Source: an uncultured Alphaproteobacteria bacterium
GTDB taxonomy: Bacteria; Pseudomonadota; Alphaproteobacteria; JAJFIK01
Direction of reading: 5' to 3'
Length of the DNA: 64,000 nt
Assembly: GCA_964561475.1 (NCBI GenBank)
Contig: CAZLPU010000005.1
Location: 4,425 to 68,424 of the forward strand
Below, one piece after another: positions 1 to 10,273 of this stretch (positions are counted from its first letter, which is position 1; the number at the start of each line of letters is the position of its first letter). Both the position numbers and the translations under genes were made by a program. The notes beneath the pieces are model-generated. The model was given only the letters and a program-made list of their open reading frames with translations. It did not search any database and had not been told where the DNA came from.

Positions 1-45
1 ACATGGCTTCAGTCTACACCATTCATGCCTGACGGGCAGGCCGGG

Positions 46-744
46 TCAACCCTGAGCCGCGCCGGGCAGAAGCAGACCGTTCCGGATACCGTCGAAAATG
101 AACTGGACCGACAGGGCAGCCAGGATCATGCCCATGAGCCGGGTGATCACGATGGACGCACTCTCCCCGGCCCAGTCGAGAAGACGGGCGGAAAAAATCA
201 GCAGAAAGAAGGTCAAGACCATGACCAGGGTCAGGGCGATGAGCACGACCGCCTGGGATCCGATGGCGCCGTCATTCGCGCCCATGAGGAGAACGATCGA
301 CGCCAGAGCCCCCGGCCCCGCCAAAAGCGGCAGGGCGAGGGGAAAGACGGCAATATCGTCCGGCGGGCTATCATCGGGGTGCGGATGGTGCAGTTCCTGT
401 TCGGTCATGGTGATTTCCGCCGAGCGGCTGCGCCTGCGGGTCCGCCGCTCAAACACCATTTCCAGACCGATCAGGAACAAAAGCGCGCCGCCGGCGGTCC
501 GGAATGCGGCCATGGAGATGCCCACCCGCTCCAGCAGCGCCTCACCGATCAGGGCAAAGCCCGCCAGGATCAGGCCGCCGATCACCGTTCCCTTCAAGGC
601 AATCGACACCCGTTGGGGGAACGTGCACCGGGTGGTCAGGGACGCAAAAATCGGCGTCACCCCGAGGGGATCAACAACCACGAACAGGGTGACCGTGGCC
701 GTGATCAGAAAATCGAAGCTGAATCCGAAATCACCCCCGCCCAT
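46..744 (-). CDS. MarC family (UPF0056) integral membrane protein
   Basis: 232-aa ORF with multiple hydrophobic helices. N-terminus FDFLITATVTLFVVVDPLGVTPIF is typical of the MarC/UPF0056 family. Overlapping + strand ORFs are compositional shadows. Confidence 0.7.
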   Translation of the reverse strand: MGGGDFGFSFDFLITATVTLFVVVDPLGVTPIFASLTTRCTFPQRVSIALKGTVIGGLILAGFALIGEALLERVGISMAAFRTAGGALLFLIGLEMVFERRTRRRSRSAEITMTEQELHHPHPDDSPPDDIAVFPLALPLLAGPGALASIVLLMGANDGAIGSQAVVLIALTLVMVLTFFLLIFSARLLDWAGESASIVITRLMGMILAALSVQFIFDGIRNGLLLPGAAQG

Positions 745-897
745 GGATCATGCTCCCTCGCAAGCCACGCCCGCCCGTTTCGTCCCGTTGCGGTCCATCA
801 ACGGGTTCCGTATCCGGGTCGCAGGGTGACGGGGCGCGGCGCCAAGATCAATGGACAAACGGGAACTCCGGCTCCTTCGCCCGCCCAGCGCAAACGG

Positions 898-2202
898 TTA
901 TGTCTGATCACCTTTGTGCACTCTGCCGAAACGGGTGGGGATTGCGTGGGTGTCGCGCATTTCCTCCAAGGCGTGGGAGTCGTGTCGGGCGGCGGTGCTG
1001 CGGCCATACCAGTTGGCGAAGGGCGCGGCCGTCACCCCATGGGCGATAATGCTCAACGCCACGGTGAGGATGGTCAGCATGATGATCTGCTCGGCCACGG
1101 CATTGCCCATGGTCTCCTCGACCACAAGAAGCGCGAACAGGATCGAGGCCAGCCCGCGGGGACCGAACCAGCCCAGAAACAACACGGTGCCCGGCAGAAG
1201 TTTCGCGCCGATCATACTGATGGCCACAGGCACCATGCGCATGACCGTGAGGGCCAGCACCGCATAGGCCACCATCTGCCAGGTCAGGTGGGCGAAAAGA
1301 TCCGGCACCAACACTGCGCCAAAGACCATGAACACGAACAAGGTCAGCAACTGTCCCTCCGCCTCGGCAAAGTCCAGGACGAACCGGTTGCAGTGATGGG
1401 TGGTGTTGCCCATGGTCAGACCCGCCACGAAAGCCGCAATGAACCCGTTCCCGCCGATGGCTTCCGCGCCCGCAAAGGCGAGCAGGGCCAAAGCCAGGGC
1501 ACTGACGCCCTGGAAAGACTCGCTCATCCAGTCGGCAAGGCTTGAGCGCTCGATTGCCTGGCCCCCCAGATAACCGATGACCGCCCCGGCCAGGGGACCA
1601 AGAGTCACCTGAAGGATCCCGAACAACAGGAAGTTGGTGCCGTCATCCATCTGGTGTTCCGGATTGGCGAAACACAGAAACAGCACGATGACCGGCAGGG
1701 CGATCCCGTCATTCAGGCCGCTTTCCACATTCAAGGCCTGCCGGATCCGGGTGGGCACCCGGGGGCTCGTGACCACGGACTGACCCAGGGCAGCATCGGT
1801 GGGTGTCAGGATGGCCGCCAGGAGGGCTGCTTCCCAGACGGAGAACTCGGGGAACAGGGGCACCGCCAACAGGGTCCCCATGATGATGGTCAGAGGCATT
1901 CCGTATGCAAGCATCCGGATCGGGAGATCGTGATCTGCGGACAGTCTGCGGAAATCGATTCGCGCCGCATCCGTGAAGAGCACGAGGACGAGGGTCAGCT
2001 CCGCCAGGAGGTGGATGGTCCCCTCTTCCACGTTGAGGTTCACAAGCCCAAGCCCGCCAGCACCGACCAGAAGCCCGAACCCGGCAAACACCATGGGCGG
2101 CGTGATGATCAGCCGGTCCGACCGGCCGGAAATCAAGGCAAAGCCCAGAATCACCAATGCGATGAGAACGAAACCGAATGTTTCCACAACCCACTCCCCC
2201 AA
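898..2202 (-). CDS. Na+/H+ antiporter, CPA1 (NhaP-type) family
   Basis: 434-aa polytopic membrane protein with cation:proton antiporter signatures (LTPTDAALG, SGLNDGIALPVIV...). Recognised from sequence. Confidence 0.8.
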   Translation of the reverse strand: MGEWVVETFGFVLIALVILGFALISGRSDRLIITPPMVFAGFGLLVGAGGLGLVNLNVEEGTIHLLAELTLVLVLFTDAARIDFRRLSADHDLPIRMLAYGMPLTIIMGTLLAVPLFPEFSVWEAALLAAILTPTDAALGQSVVTSPRVPTRIRQALNVESGLNDGIALPVIVLFLCFANPEHQMDDGTNFLLFGILQVTLGPLAGAVIGYLGGQAIERSSLADWMSESFQGVSALALALLAFAGAEAIGGNGFIAAFVAGLTMGNTTHHCNRFVLDFAEAEGQLLTLFVFMVFGAVLVPDLFAHLTWQMVAYAVLALTVMRMVPVAISMIGAKLLPGTVLFLGWFGPRGLASILFALLVVEETMGNAVAEQIIMLTILTVALSIIAHGVTAAPFANWYGRSTAARHDSHALEEMRDTHAIPTRFGRVHKGDQT

Positions 2203-3246
2203 CCGGTTTGATTATTGGCCCATTTCATTTTGGCCCAGTCGATTCTGGCCGACGGCCAGCCGATTCTGGACAACGAAATCTGATCCGCCCGGCCCTGGCC
2301 CGCGTAAAAGCCACGCATGAGAAAAAATTCTATGTCAGGCGATCGAAATCAACGCCTTGCGCATACCCTGCGGGTGAATAAAACCCCAAGCAAATACGCG
2401 TGATCGGCATCCCAAGGCCCTCCGGAGTTAAGGGCCGGCGCCAAGGAGCCAACCGGGGTGGCGGGTTCCTGCGCCAGATCCCGAAAAACGTTCACGGATC
2501 GTTGTTCAGCGGATTGTCCGTATGCTGGTGCGATAGAGGGGCCTCCGGTTGCCAGGCGATCGCGTTATCGCAATTGATCCGCATTCTCCCTATGGTCGGC
2601 GTTGGGACTGTGGACCGCCTGACATGTCCGTAAAAGACAACGATTTCAGTCTGATGCAGGCACCCTTGCCTGGAGTTATTTATGCAAAATCAAAATATCG
2701 TCACTGAATTTCTTTCCTGGCTATAAGATCTAGGCGGCAATCCGGCGTTGAGTATTTGGTGTAACGGCAACGAAAAAAGCCGCTTCGGTATTTGGACTTT
2801 ACCCCTATACAATTGATCGAGATCAATCAGTCATCCGCCGATGGGTCTATGGTCCACGGCAGACTGTCATGTCCGGATGCGGTCGGGCCTGCATCGTGCC
2901 CGGCTGCCATCCCGCCCGGCGTTCGTTCCGCCCGGCCCTCGCCCCAATGGGCGCATGTGACCCTGTTGCTCTGTGTATCCAGGTTCCCTGTGTATCCAGG
3001 GTGACCGCGTATCCAGGACACTGCGCTTCGCGATGGCTGATGGAAGAAAGTCAGGGTGCCGGACTTTCCGGGACCAGACCGGCCCCAGACCTGATCAGGG
3101 GCGGTGATCGTGTCCCGACCATGCATTAGTCGGTCTGCAGCGGGCTTGGCGCTGGACTGCCGGTTTCCTGTCCCTGTCAGCCAACGGATAAATGTATCCA
3201 TGGCTCTCGGGGGCAATCGCCGCATAGCCCCAGGGATACCGCAACC

Positions 3247-4053
3247 ATGCGCACACTCATTGTCGACAATCAGCCCTTGTTCGCTCAGGCCCTGAGCCGG
3301 CTCGTGACCGAAACGCGGGTTGGCCACAACAGTCCGGGCCAAAGTGGTTCGGGCCAAAGTGGGTCGGGCCAAAGTGGGTCGGGCCAGAGTGGGTCGGGAG
3401 AGGCCGTGATTGCGGGCAGCATCGACGAAGCCCTGGCCATCCCCCAAAGCGCCAATGACCTTGCCTTTCTCAATGTGGAACGGCCCGTGTCGAATACACC
3501 GAAAGCAGTCGGGGAAGTGATCGCCCGGCATCCGGGCATTCGGGTCATCGCGCTGATGACCGAACTGGATATCCGGCTCCTGCGGGAAGCCATGCGGGCC
3601 GGAGCCCACGGCGCAATCACCCGCACCAGCGATCCGGCAACCTTCCGAATCGCCATCGACAAAGTCATGGCCGGGGGACGGTATGTGCCCGACGACCTGC
3701 CGGACGGTCCGGTTTCCGGGTTCCAGGACATGGATGGCGCCGCGGACAGCGAAAAAGGACGCACCCTGCTGTCAGAGAGCGGATTTTCCAATCTCACCCC
3801 CCGTCAGCAGGAAGTGCTCAAGCTTCTGGCACTGGGTCAGGCAAACCAGGAAATCGCCGCCCAGCTCGGCATCGCCCTGGCTACCGTGAAATTGCATGTG
3901 AACGCCATTCTGCGGGCCCTTAATGTGCGCAACCGCACGGAGGCTGCGGCCATGGCGATTGTCGGCGGCCTGACGGAGCAGGCGTCCACCAGGCGCCCGG
4001 CGCCCCATAGCCTGACTTTCACCACCCAGATGACCACGCCCGCCGTGGACTGA
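3247..4053 (+). CDS. LuxR/NarL-family response regulator with atypical (likely non-phosphorylatable) receiver domain
   Basis: N-terminal REC-like fold (MRTLIVDNQPLF...) plus C-terminal LuxR HTH (LTPRQQEVLKLLALGQANQEIAAQLGIALATVKLHV). The canonical phospho-acceptor Asp is Asn (DLAFLNVERP) and the conserved Lys is Arg. A (GQSGS)4 insertion sits in the receiver. Confidence 0.8.
   Translation: MRTLIVDNQPLFAQALSRLVTETRVGHNSPGQSGSGQSGSGQSGSGQSGSGEAVIAGSIDEALAIPQSANDLAFLNVERPVSNTPKAVGEVIARHPGIRVIALMTELDIRLLREAMRAGAHGAITRTSDPATFRIAIDKVMAGGRYVPDDLPDGPVSGFQDMDGAADSEKGRTLLSESGFSNLTPRQQEVLKLLALGQANQEIAAQLGIALATVKLHVNAILRALNVRNRTEAAAMAIVGGLTEQASTRRPAPHSLTFTTQMTTPAVD
3336..3397 (+). repeat. 15-bp in-frame tandem repeat x4 (gggccaaagtgggtc) encoding (GQSGS)n inside the response regulator gene
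   Basis: Four direct tandem copies, read from the sequence, with only one or two substitutions. Confidence 0.85.
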
Positions 4054-4192
4054 GTGGCTTGGGGGGCGGAGGGCGCTGACGGAACGCAATCCCGCACTTG
4101 TTCAGCCCGTTTTTCCTTTTGGACGGTGAAAAAATAGGCCGCGCCCCGGGGGCACGGCCTTTTTCTGTGTGCTTATCCGTAATGGGCTGCGA

Positions 4193-5584
4193 TCAGCCCG
4201 GAAGGATCCAGCTCAGGTTCGAAGCAATGAGCACCACGATGATCGCGACCGGGATCACGTAACGGGTCAGAACCTGCCAGATCTGGAAGAACAGCGGCGA
4301 AAGGCCGATTTCCTCGCGCATGATCGATTCCGACACGGCCCAGCCCGCAAACAGGGACACCGCGAGACCGCTCAAAGGCAGCATGATGTTGCCGGTCAGC
4401 ACATCGAGGACGCCGAAGAAGGTCTGGCCCGCGAAGGGTCCGAAATCCAGGGGATAGAAGCCCGACCAGACCCCGAAGGACAGCAACGAGCCGATCCCGA
4501 TGAACCAGGCAATCAGACCCCAACGCAGGGCCGCCTGACCCCGCTGCCAACCGAGTTGATCCTCGGACCAGGCAATGATCACCTCGAACAGGGAGATGGA
4601 CGAGGTCAGGGCCGCAAAGAAGGCCAGGGTGAAGAACACCCCGCCCACAAGGGACCCATAGGGCAATTCACCGATCGCCGCCGGCAAGGTGGCGAACAGC
4701 AGGCCAGGACCCGCATTGGGCTCCAGCCCCTGAACCACGAACACCATGGGGAAAATGGCAAAGCCCGCCAGAATGGCGATGAACGTGTCCGACAGGGCCA
4801 CGGTGCGCGCTGAGCCTGCAATGGGCTCGTCCCGGGTCATATAGGCCCCATAGGTGATCATGATTGCCGAGCCCACACCCACGGAGAAGAACGCCTGACC
4901 GATCGCTGAGACCACGACGTCGAAGGAGATCTTGGAGAAATCCGGCGAGAACAGGAAAGTCGCGGCGGCGGCCACGTCGCCCACATAGGCGCCGTAGATC
5001 ACCATCGCGACCACCATGACGAAGAACATGGGCATGAGGATATTGGCCGCGACCTCGATGCCGCCCTTCAGACCCCTGGCCACGATAAAGGCGGTAAGCC
5101 CCATGAAGGCCGTATGCCAGCCCAGGGCCCAGGAGGTGTTGGTGTTCAAATCGGAAAAAAGCACCTGGGCGCCTTCGAAACCGACATTGGTCAGTTCACC
5201 GGATAGGAAAATGGGCACATAGGCCATCACCCAGCCTGCGATCACGCTGTAATAGGTGAGGATGAGGAACCCGGCGATCATGCCGATCCAGCCCACTGCC
5301 CCCCATAGCGGCGACCTGTTGCTGTCCTTGGCCAGGGCCACGGTCGCGCCCACCGCCGAAAGCCCTGTGCGCCGGCCAATGGCGTATTCGGCGATCAGCA
5401 CCGGAAAAGCGATGGCCAGGACCGCGACGAGATACACAACCACGAAAACCGCGCCGCCGTTCTGACCCGCCTCATAGGGAAAGCGCCAGAAATTGCCCAG
5501 ACCCACAGCCGATCCCACGGCCGCCATGACGAAAGTGAACTGAGATGACCAAGTCTCATGCACGGTCGATTTCTGGCTGGCCAC
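4193..5584 (-). CDS. Sodium-dependent transporter, neurotransmitter:sodium symporter (NSS/SNF) family
   Basis: 463 aa. The N-terminal motif WSSQFTFVMAAVGSAVGLGNFWRFPY is diagnostic of NSS transporters, and the protein has 11-12 predicted TM helices. Confidence 0.85.
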   Translation of the reverse strand: MASQKSTVHETWSSQFTFVMAAVGSAVGLGNFWRFPYEAGQNGGAVFVVVYLVAVLAIAFPVLIAEYAIGRRTGLSAVGATVALAKDSNRSPLWGAVGWIGMIAGFLILTYYSVIAGWVMAYVPIFLSGELTNVGFEGAQVLFSDLNTNTSWALGWHTAFMGLTAFIVARGLKGGIEVAANILMPMFFVMVVAMVIYGAYVGDVAAAATFLFSPDFSKISFDVVVSAIGQAFFSVGVGSAIMITYGAYMTRDEPIAGSARTVALSDTFIAILAGFAIFPMVFVVQGLEPNAGPGLLFATLPAAIGELPYGSLVGGVFFTLAFFAALTSSISLFEVIIAWSEDQLGWQRGQAALRWGLIAWFIGIGSLLSFGVWSGFYPLDFGPFAGQTFFGVLDVLTGNIMLPLSGLAVSLFAGWAVSESIMREEIGLSPLFFQIWQVLTRYVIPVAIIVVLIASNLSWILPG

Positions 5585-6104
5585 GGGCTACCCCCTCAAT
5601 CGGCGACAGACAATTTTAGATGAACTGTGGCCCAAATTAGTCTGATGCTTCGTTGACGGCAACCTTGCCCCAACCCGGGCCATTGCGGGCAGAGAGGCAC
5701 GACCACTCGTGGTCCCGGCCCAAAAGGCGCTCCGTCCAGATGCGTCATGGACACCCCCATCCGCAAGAAAAGCACTGCCGGGTTGCATCCTGTCCGGTCA
5801 TCACGGCCCTTTGACGGGGGGGCTGGAACATGGGACCTTCACCAAACGGACAGGAACGGGCTGAATAGTGAGGGCGGTCGCGTGACTTGGCTCCGTGGTC
5901 CGGCCCTGTGGCCCGGCTCTGTGGGGGGGGCGTGCCGGGGACCGGCTGGAAACGCGGTTGAACGCGCTTTCAGGGAATACGCTTTCAGGGCAGGTCCTGG
6001 TGTGTTTGCCCTTCGTTTCGCAGCCCGTCTCATTGACTGTACCGGGCGGTTCAGGTGAACCGTCCAATTCGTGTTTCAGCCGTTTGGGGGATCAGCACCC
6101 GGCC

Positions 6105-7028
6105 ATGCTCGCTTTCGGTATCAGACGGATCATTTTCGCCATCCCGACGCTTTTCATCGTTGTGGCCGTTGCGTTTTTCATGATGCGGCTCGCCCCCGGC
6201 GGTCCCTTCGACAAGGAACGGGCGGTGCCGCCGGAAATCGAGCGCAACCTGCTGGCTGCCTATGATCTGGACAAGCCGATCCACGAACAGTTCTTCATCT
6301 ATCTCAGCAAGGCCGTGCGGGGTGATCTGGGTCCCTCGTTCACCTACAAGGACTTTTCGGTCAGCGAACTGATCGCCCAGGGCGCTCCGGTGAGCATCCG
6401 GCTCGGCCTGACCGCCCTGACCCTCGCCCTGGTTATCGGTCTGCTGCTGGGCACCCTGGCGGCGCTCAACCAGAATTCCCCCCTCGACTACATGGTCATG
6501 GGCACCGCGATGATTGGGATCACCATCCCGAACTACGTCATCGGGCCGGTTCTGACCCTGATTTTCGGGGTGTGGTTCAGCCTGCTGCCCACGGCCGGTT
6601 GGGGCGGCGGCGCGCTCGCGAACATGATCCTGCCGGTCACCGCCCTTGCCCTGCCCCAGATCGCCATCGTGTCCAGGCTGACCCGGGGCGGCATGATCGA
6701 GGTGCTGCGCTCTAACTTTGTGCGCACGGCCCGGGCGAAAGGCCTGCCGGAGCGCCAGGTGATCTTCCGCCACGCCCTTCAGGCAGGCGTTCTGCCGCTT
6801 GTGGCCTATCTCGGACCGGCGGCGGCGGCCCTGGTCACCGGTTCCCTGGTGATCGAGCAGATCTTTCAGCTTCCCGGAATCGGACGGTTCTTCGTGGTCG
6901 GGGCCATTCAGCGGGACTACACCCTGGTGATGGGTGTCGTGATCCTGTTTGCCAGCCTGATCATTATTCTCAACATGGTCGCGGATCTGATTGTCGCCTG
7001 GCTCGATCCGCGGGTGCGTCTGAAATGA
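6105..7028 (+). CDS. oppB: Oligopeptide/dipeptide ABC transporter permease (OppB/DppB-like)
   Basis: Begins MLAFGIRRIIFAIPTLFIVVAVAFFMMRLAPGGPF, the canonical OppB N-terminus, with an EAA-like region downstream. The track ORF starts at 5895 but the family start is the internal ATG at 6105. Confidence 0.8.
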   Translation: MLAFGIRRIIFAIPTLFIVVAVAFFMMRLAPGGPFDKERAVPPEIERNLLAAYDLDKPIHEQFFIYLSKAVRGDLGPSFTYKDFSVSELIAQGAPVSIRLGLTALTLALVIGLLLGTLAALNQNSPLDYMVMGTAMIGITIPNYVIGPVLTLIFGVWFSLLPTAGWGGGALANMILPVTALALPQIAIVSRLTRGGMIEVLRSNFVRTARAKGLPERQVIFRHALQAGVLPLVAYLGPAAAALVTGSLVIEQIFQLPGIGRFFVVGAIQRDYTLVMGVVILFASLIIILNMVADLIVAWLDPRVRLK

Positions 7029-7086
7029 TTGGAGCACTGGGGCCACAGCCCGCCCCGCGTTCCCGACCGAGTGCCGCGACAAGAGG

Positions 7087-8040
7087 ATGCCCGAAATGGC
7101 GACAGCTCAGATGAGCCCCCCCTCCAATCCCTCCCGGCCCGGCCAGACCCCGGGCCGCAACGAGGACATTCTGACCCTTGCCGCCGAGGTCAAAGGACGC
7201 AGCCTGTGGGACGACGCCCGGGCCCGCCTGCTGCGCAACCGCGCCGCCGTGGGCAGCATGATCGTGCTGGGCATCATCACCTTCCTGGCCCTGTTCGGTC
7301 CCTATCTCAGCCCCTACACCCTTGAGGGGCAGAACTTCAACTACATCCAGCAGGGCCCCAACCTGGCCAACGGCCATATCTTCGGCACCGACGGGAACGG
7401 GCGGGATATTTTCGTGCGCACCATGTGGGGTGCCCGGATCTCCCTGCTGATCGGCGTGGTGGCCACGGGGGTCAGCCTGCTCATCGGCGTGCTTTACGGG
7501 GCCACCGCGGGCTTCGTGGGCGGGCGCGTGGATGAGTTGATGATGCGCTTTGTGGACATCCTCTATTCCCTGCCTTTCGTTTTTTTCGTGATCATCCTCA
7601 TCACCGTGTTCGGCCGGAACTTCATTCTGATTTTCGTCGCGATCGGCGCGGTGGAATGGCTGACCATGGCCAGGATCGTCCGCAGCCAGACCCTTTCCAT
7701 CCGTCAGAAGGAATTCATCGAGGCGGCCAGGGCCACGGGCGTGGACACCTTCACCACGGTGCGCCGCCATATCATTCCCAATGTGGTGGGTGTCGTGGTG
7801 ATCTATGCCACCCTGACCATTCCCACGGTGATCCTGCTGGAAAGCTTCCTCAGCTTCCTGGGTCTTGGGGTTCAGGAACCCCTCACCTCCTGGGGGCGGT
7901 TGATCTCCGAGGGCGCCCAGGGCATGGAATTCGCCTGGTGGACGCTGATCTTCCCCGCCGCCTTTATGGCCGTGACCCTGTTCTGCTTCAACTTTATCGG
8001 GGATGGTCTGCGCGACGCCCTCGACCCGAAAGACCGCTGA
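7087..8040 (+). CDS. oppC: Oligopeptide/dipeptide ABC transporter permease (OppC/DppC-like)
   Basis: 317 aa with the OppC-type N-terminal region (SLWDDARARLLRNRAAVGSMIVLGII) and a BPD_transp_1 core. Lies immediately downstream of oppB. Confidence 0.8.
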   Translation: MPEMATAQMSPPSNPSRPGQTPGRNEDILTLAAEVKGRSLWDDARARLLRNRAAVGSMIVLGIITFLALFGPYLSPYTLEGQNFNYIQQGPNLANGHIFGTDGNGRDIFVRTMWGARISLLIGVVATGVSLLIGVLYGATAGFVGGRVDELMMRFVDILYSLPFVFFVIILITVFGRNFILIFVAIGAVEWLTMARIVRSQTLSIRQKEFIEAARATGVDTFTTVRRHIIPNVVGVVVIYATLTIPTVILLESFLSFLGLGVQEPLTSWGRLISEGAQGMEFAWWTLIFPAAFMAVTLFCFNFIGDGLRDALDPKDR

Positions 8041-8059
8041 TCACCCGGAGGATCTGACC

Positions 8060-8242
8060 ATGGGCAACGGTTTCCCCCTCCCCGACCTCTTGTTCGGCGT
8101 GGCATCGGTGCTGTGGGCCATGGCCCTGATCGGCAACCGGGCGCTGGGCAACAAAGCGTCCGTCCGCGCAGTGCTGTACCTCGTGGGCCTCGTGCTGGTG
8201 GGATATGGCGTGCTGAGGATAACGGGTGTGGTGATCTTGTGA
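8060..8242 (+). CDS. Small (60 aa) two-helix membrane protein, hypothetical
   Basis: ATG preceded by a GGAGGA Shine-Dalgarno at -8, 20 bp after the oppC stop. Predicted product MGNGFPLPDLLFGVASVLWAMALIG...VGLVLVGYGVLRI has two hydrophobic helices. Confidence 0.4.
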   Translation: MGNGFPLPDLLFGVASVLWAMALIGNRALGNKASVRAVLYLVGLVLVGYGVLRITGVVIL

Positions 8243-8359
8243 TCCCTCTCGGGCACGGAGTGAAATCGGTCGCTGTGCCGCGAAAATGATCCGTGCCGCA
8301 AGAAAGATCCCGACAGAAATGGTGCACCGCGGCCGACCCCCGATGCACCCTCTGTGCTT

Positions 8360-10273
8360 TTACTCCGCGTACAGACCGGGCAGATCGCCTACCGGGTCGA
8401 ACTCCGCCACGAAATGGCCGGGGGCGACCTGGATGTAGCGGGGGACATACTGCTCCGCGTCGGGATCGTCGATGACCCTGGATTTCAGGAACGACAGGGA
8501 CGCCCTCGTATCCAGGGGCGAGGGCAGGTCGCCGGTGAGCTTTTCCACCTTCTTCGAGCGTTCCACCTTGGGATCGGGCACGGGCACCGCCGAGATCAAA
8601 GCCCGTGTATAGGGGTGACGCGGATCTTCGTAGATGGCGTTCCGGTCCGCCAGTTCCACCACCCGGCCCAGATAGAGCACCATGATCCGGTGGCACACCT
8701 GCCGGACCACGGACAGGTCATGGCTGATGAACAGCATGGCCATGCCGAACTCCCGCTGGAGTTCCAGAATGAGGTCGATGATCTGGGCCTGGATGGATAC
8801 GTCAAGGGCGCTGGTGGCCTCATCACAGACAATCAGCTTGGGACGGATGATCATGGCCCGGGCCAGGCCGGCGCGCTGGTTCTGGCCCCCGGAAAATTCG
8901 TGGGGATAGCGATTGATCCAGGCCGGATCCAGACCGACCCGTTCCATCATGGCCTTGACTTCCGCCTTCACCTCGTCACGGGACAGATCCCGGCGGTGGG
9001 TCCGCAGGGGTTCGGCGATGCTTTCCCCGATGGTCATCCGCGGATCGAGACTGGCGAGGGGATCCTGGAAGACGATCTGGAAGTCCGCGCGCACACCGCG
9101 CATGGCCTCGTCCGACAGATCCAGAAGATCCCGCCCGAACCAGACCGCTTCCCCGCCCTGGGCCTGCACCAGCCGCAGGACGCCACGGGCCAGGGTGGAT
9201 TTTCCGCACCCGGACTCACCCACAATGCCCAGGGTTTCCCCGGCGCGCAGATCGAAACTGATCCCGTCCACCGCCCTCAGGGGCTTGGTTTTCGGAAACA
9301 GTCCTTTGCCGATCCGGACCGGGAAATGCACCTTGAGATCCCGCACATCCAGAATGGTGCGGGCTTCCTGTTCCTCAGACAGGGCGCGCAGCCCCACGCC
9401 CAACCCTTGGTCCGGTTTGTCGAGGCGGGGCATGGCATCGAGAAGCGCCCGGGTATAATCCTCACGGGGAGAATAGAAGATTTCGTCCGCCGTCCCCTCT
9501 TCCACGAAGGACCCGTAGCGCATCACCTGGATCCGATCACACATCCCCGCGACCACCCCCATGTCGTGGGTGATCAGACAGATGGCCGTATCCAACTCCC
9601 GCCGGAGATCCTTCATCAGATCGAGAATCTGGGCCTGGACCGTCACATCAAGGGCGGTGGTCGGTTCATCGGCAATTAGAAGGTCCGGTTCGCACAAGGT
9701 GGACATGGCGATCATCACCCGCTGGCGCATGCCGCCGGACAGTTCGTGGGGGTATTGTCCCATCCGCCTCGCCGCTTCAGGAATGCGCACGAGGTCGAGC
9801 ATGGAGACCGCGCGTTTGTGGGCATCCTGGTGGCTCATATTCATGTGCCGACGCAGAACTTCCGTAAGCTGATCTCCGATCTTCATGTGGGGCGTGAGCG
9901 AGGTGAGCGGATCCTGGAAGATCATGGTCATCCGCTTGCCGCGCACGGTGTTGAGATCCCGGCTGCTCATCGTGAGCAGATCCTGGCCCCGGTAGCGCAC
10001 CGCCCCTTCCGTTTGGCCGTTGGAGGCCAGAAGCCCCATGGCCGCGAGGAAGGTCTGGCTCTTGCCGGAACCGGACTCGCCGACAATGCCCACCACTTCG
10101 CCGGGCTGGACCGCCAGGGAAATGCCCCGGACCGCATGCACATCACCGTCCGGCGTCTCGAAACGCACATGAAGGCCATCCACGTCGAGAATGGGACCAC
10201 TCTGGAGCGGCTCGGCTTGGGCGGTCTGGGTCAAGGTTGGTCCTCCCTTGAGGTCATTTGGCATTGAGGTCAT
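8360..10273 (-). CDS. ABC transporter ATP-binding protein with two fused ATPase domains (OppD/OppF-type)
   Basis: Two Walker A motifs (GESGSGKS, GESGCGKS), two LSGGQ/LSGGM signatures and the C-terminal oligopeptide-ABC-type extension. Start chosen at the MTSMPND methionine, but the precise start is uncertain. Confidence 0.8.
   Translation of the reverse strand: MTSMPNDLKGGPTLTQTAQAEPLQSGPILDVDGLHVRFETPDGDVHAVRGISLAVQPGEVVGIVGESGSGKSQTFLAAMGLLASNGQTEGAVRYRGQDLLTMSSRDLNTVRGKRMTMIFQDPLTSLTPHMKIGDQLTEVLRRHMNMSHQDAHKRAVSMLDLVRIPEAARRMGQYPHELSGGMRQRVMIAMSTLCEPDLLIADEPTTALDVTVQAQILDLMKDLRRELDTAICLITHDMGVVAGMCDRIQVMRYGSFVEEGTADEIFYSPREDYTRALLDAMPRLDKPDQGLGVGLRALSEEQEARTILDVRDLKVHFPVRIGKGLFPKTKPLRAVDGISFDLRAGETLGIVGESGCGKSTLARGVLRLVQAQGGEAVWFGRDLLDLSDEAMRGVRADFQIVFQDPLASLDPRMTIGESIAEPLRTHRRDLSRDEVKAEVKAMMERVGLDPAWINRYPHEFSGGQNQRAGLARAMIIRPKLIVCDEATSALDVSIQAQIIDLILELQREFGMAMLFISHDLSVVRQVCHRIMVLYLGRVVELADRNAIYEDPRHPYTRALISAVPVPDPKVERSKKVEKLTGDLPSPLDTRASLSFLKSRVIDDPDAEQYVPRYIQVAPGHFVAEFDPVGDLPGLYAE

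Noticed and set aside
25-1545. 506-aa + strand ORF overlapping the MarC and Na+/H+ antiporter genes
   Set aside because: Extreme Arg/Gly/Gln/His composition and no domain content. Antisense shadow of real minus-strand membrane-protein genes in high-GC DNA.
8354-9679. 441-aa + strand ORF inside the fused ABC ATPase gene
   Set aside because: The antisense strand has Walker A/B and signature motifs. This frame has none.
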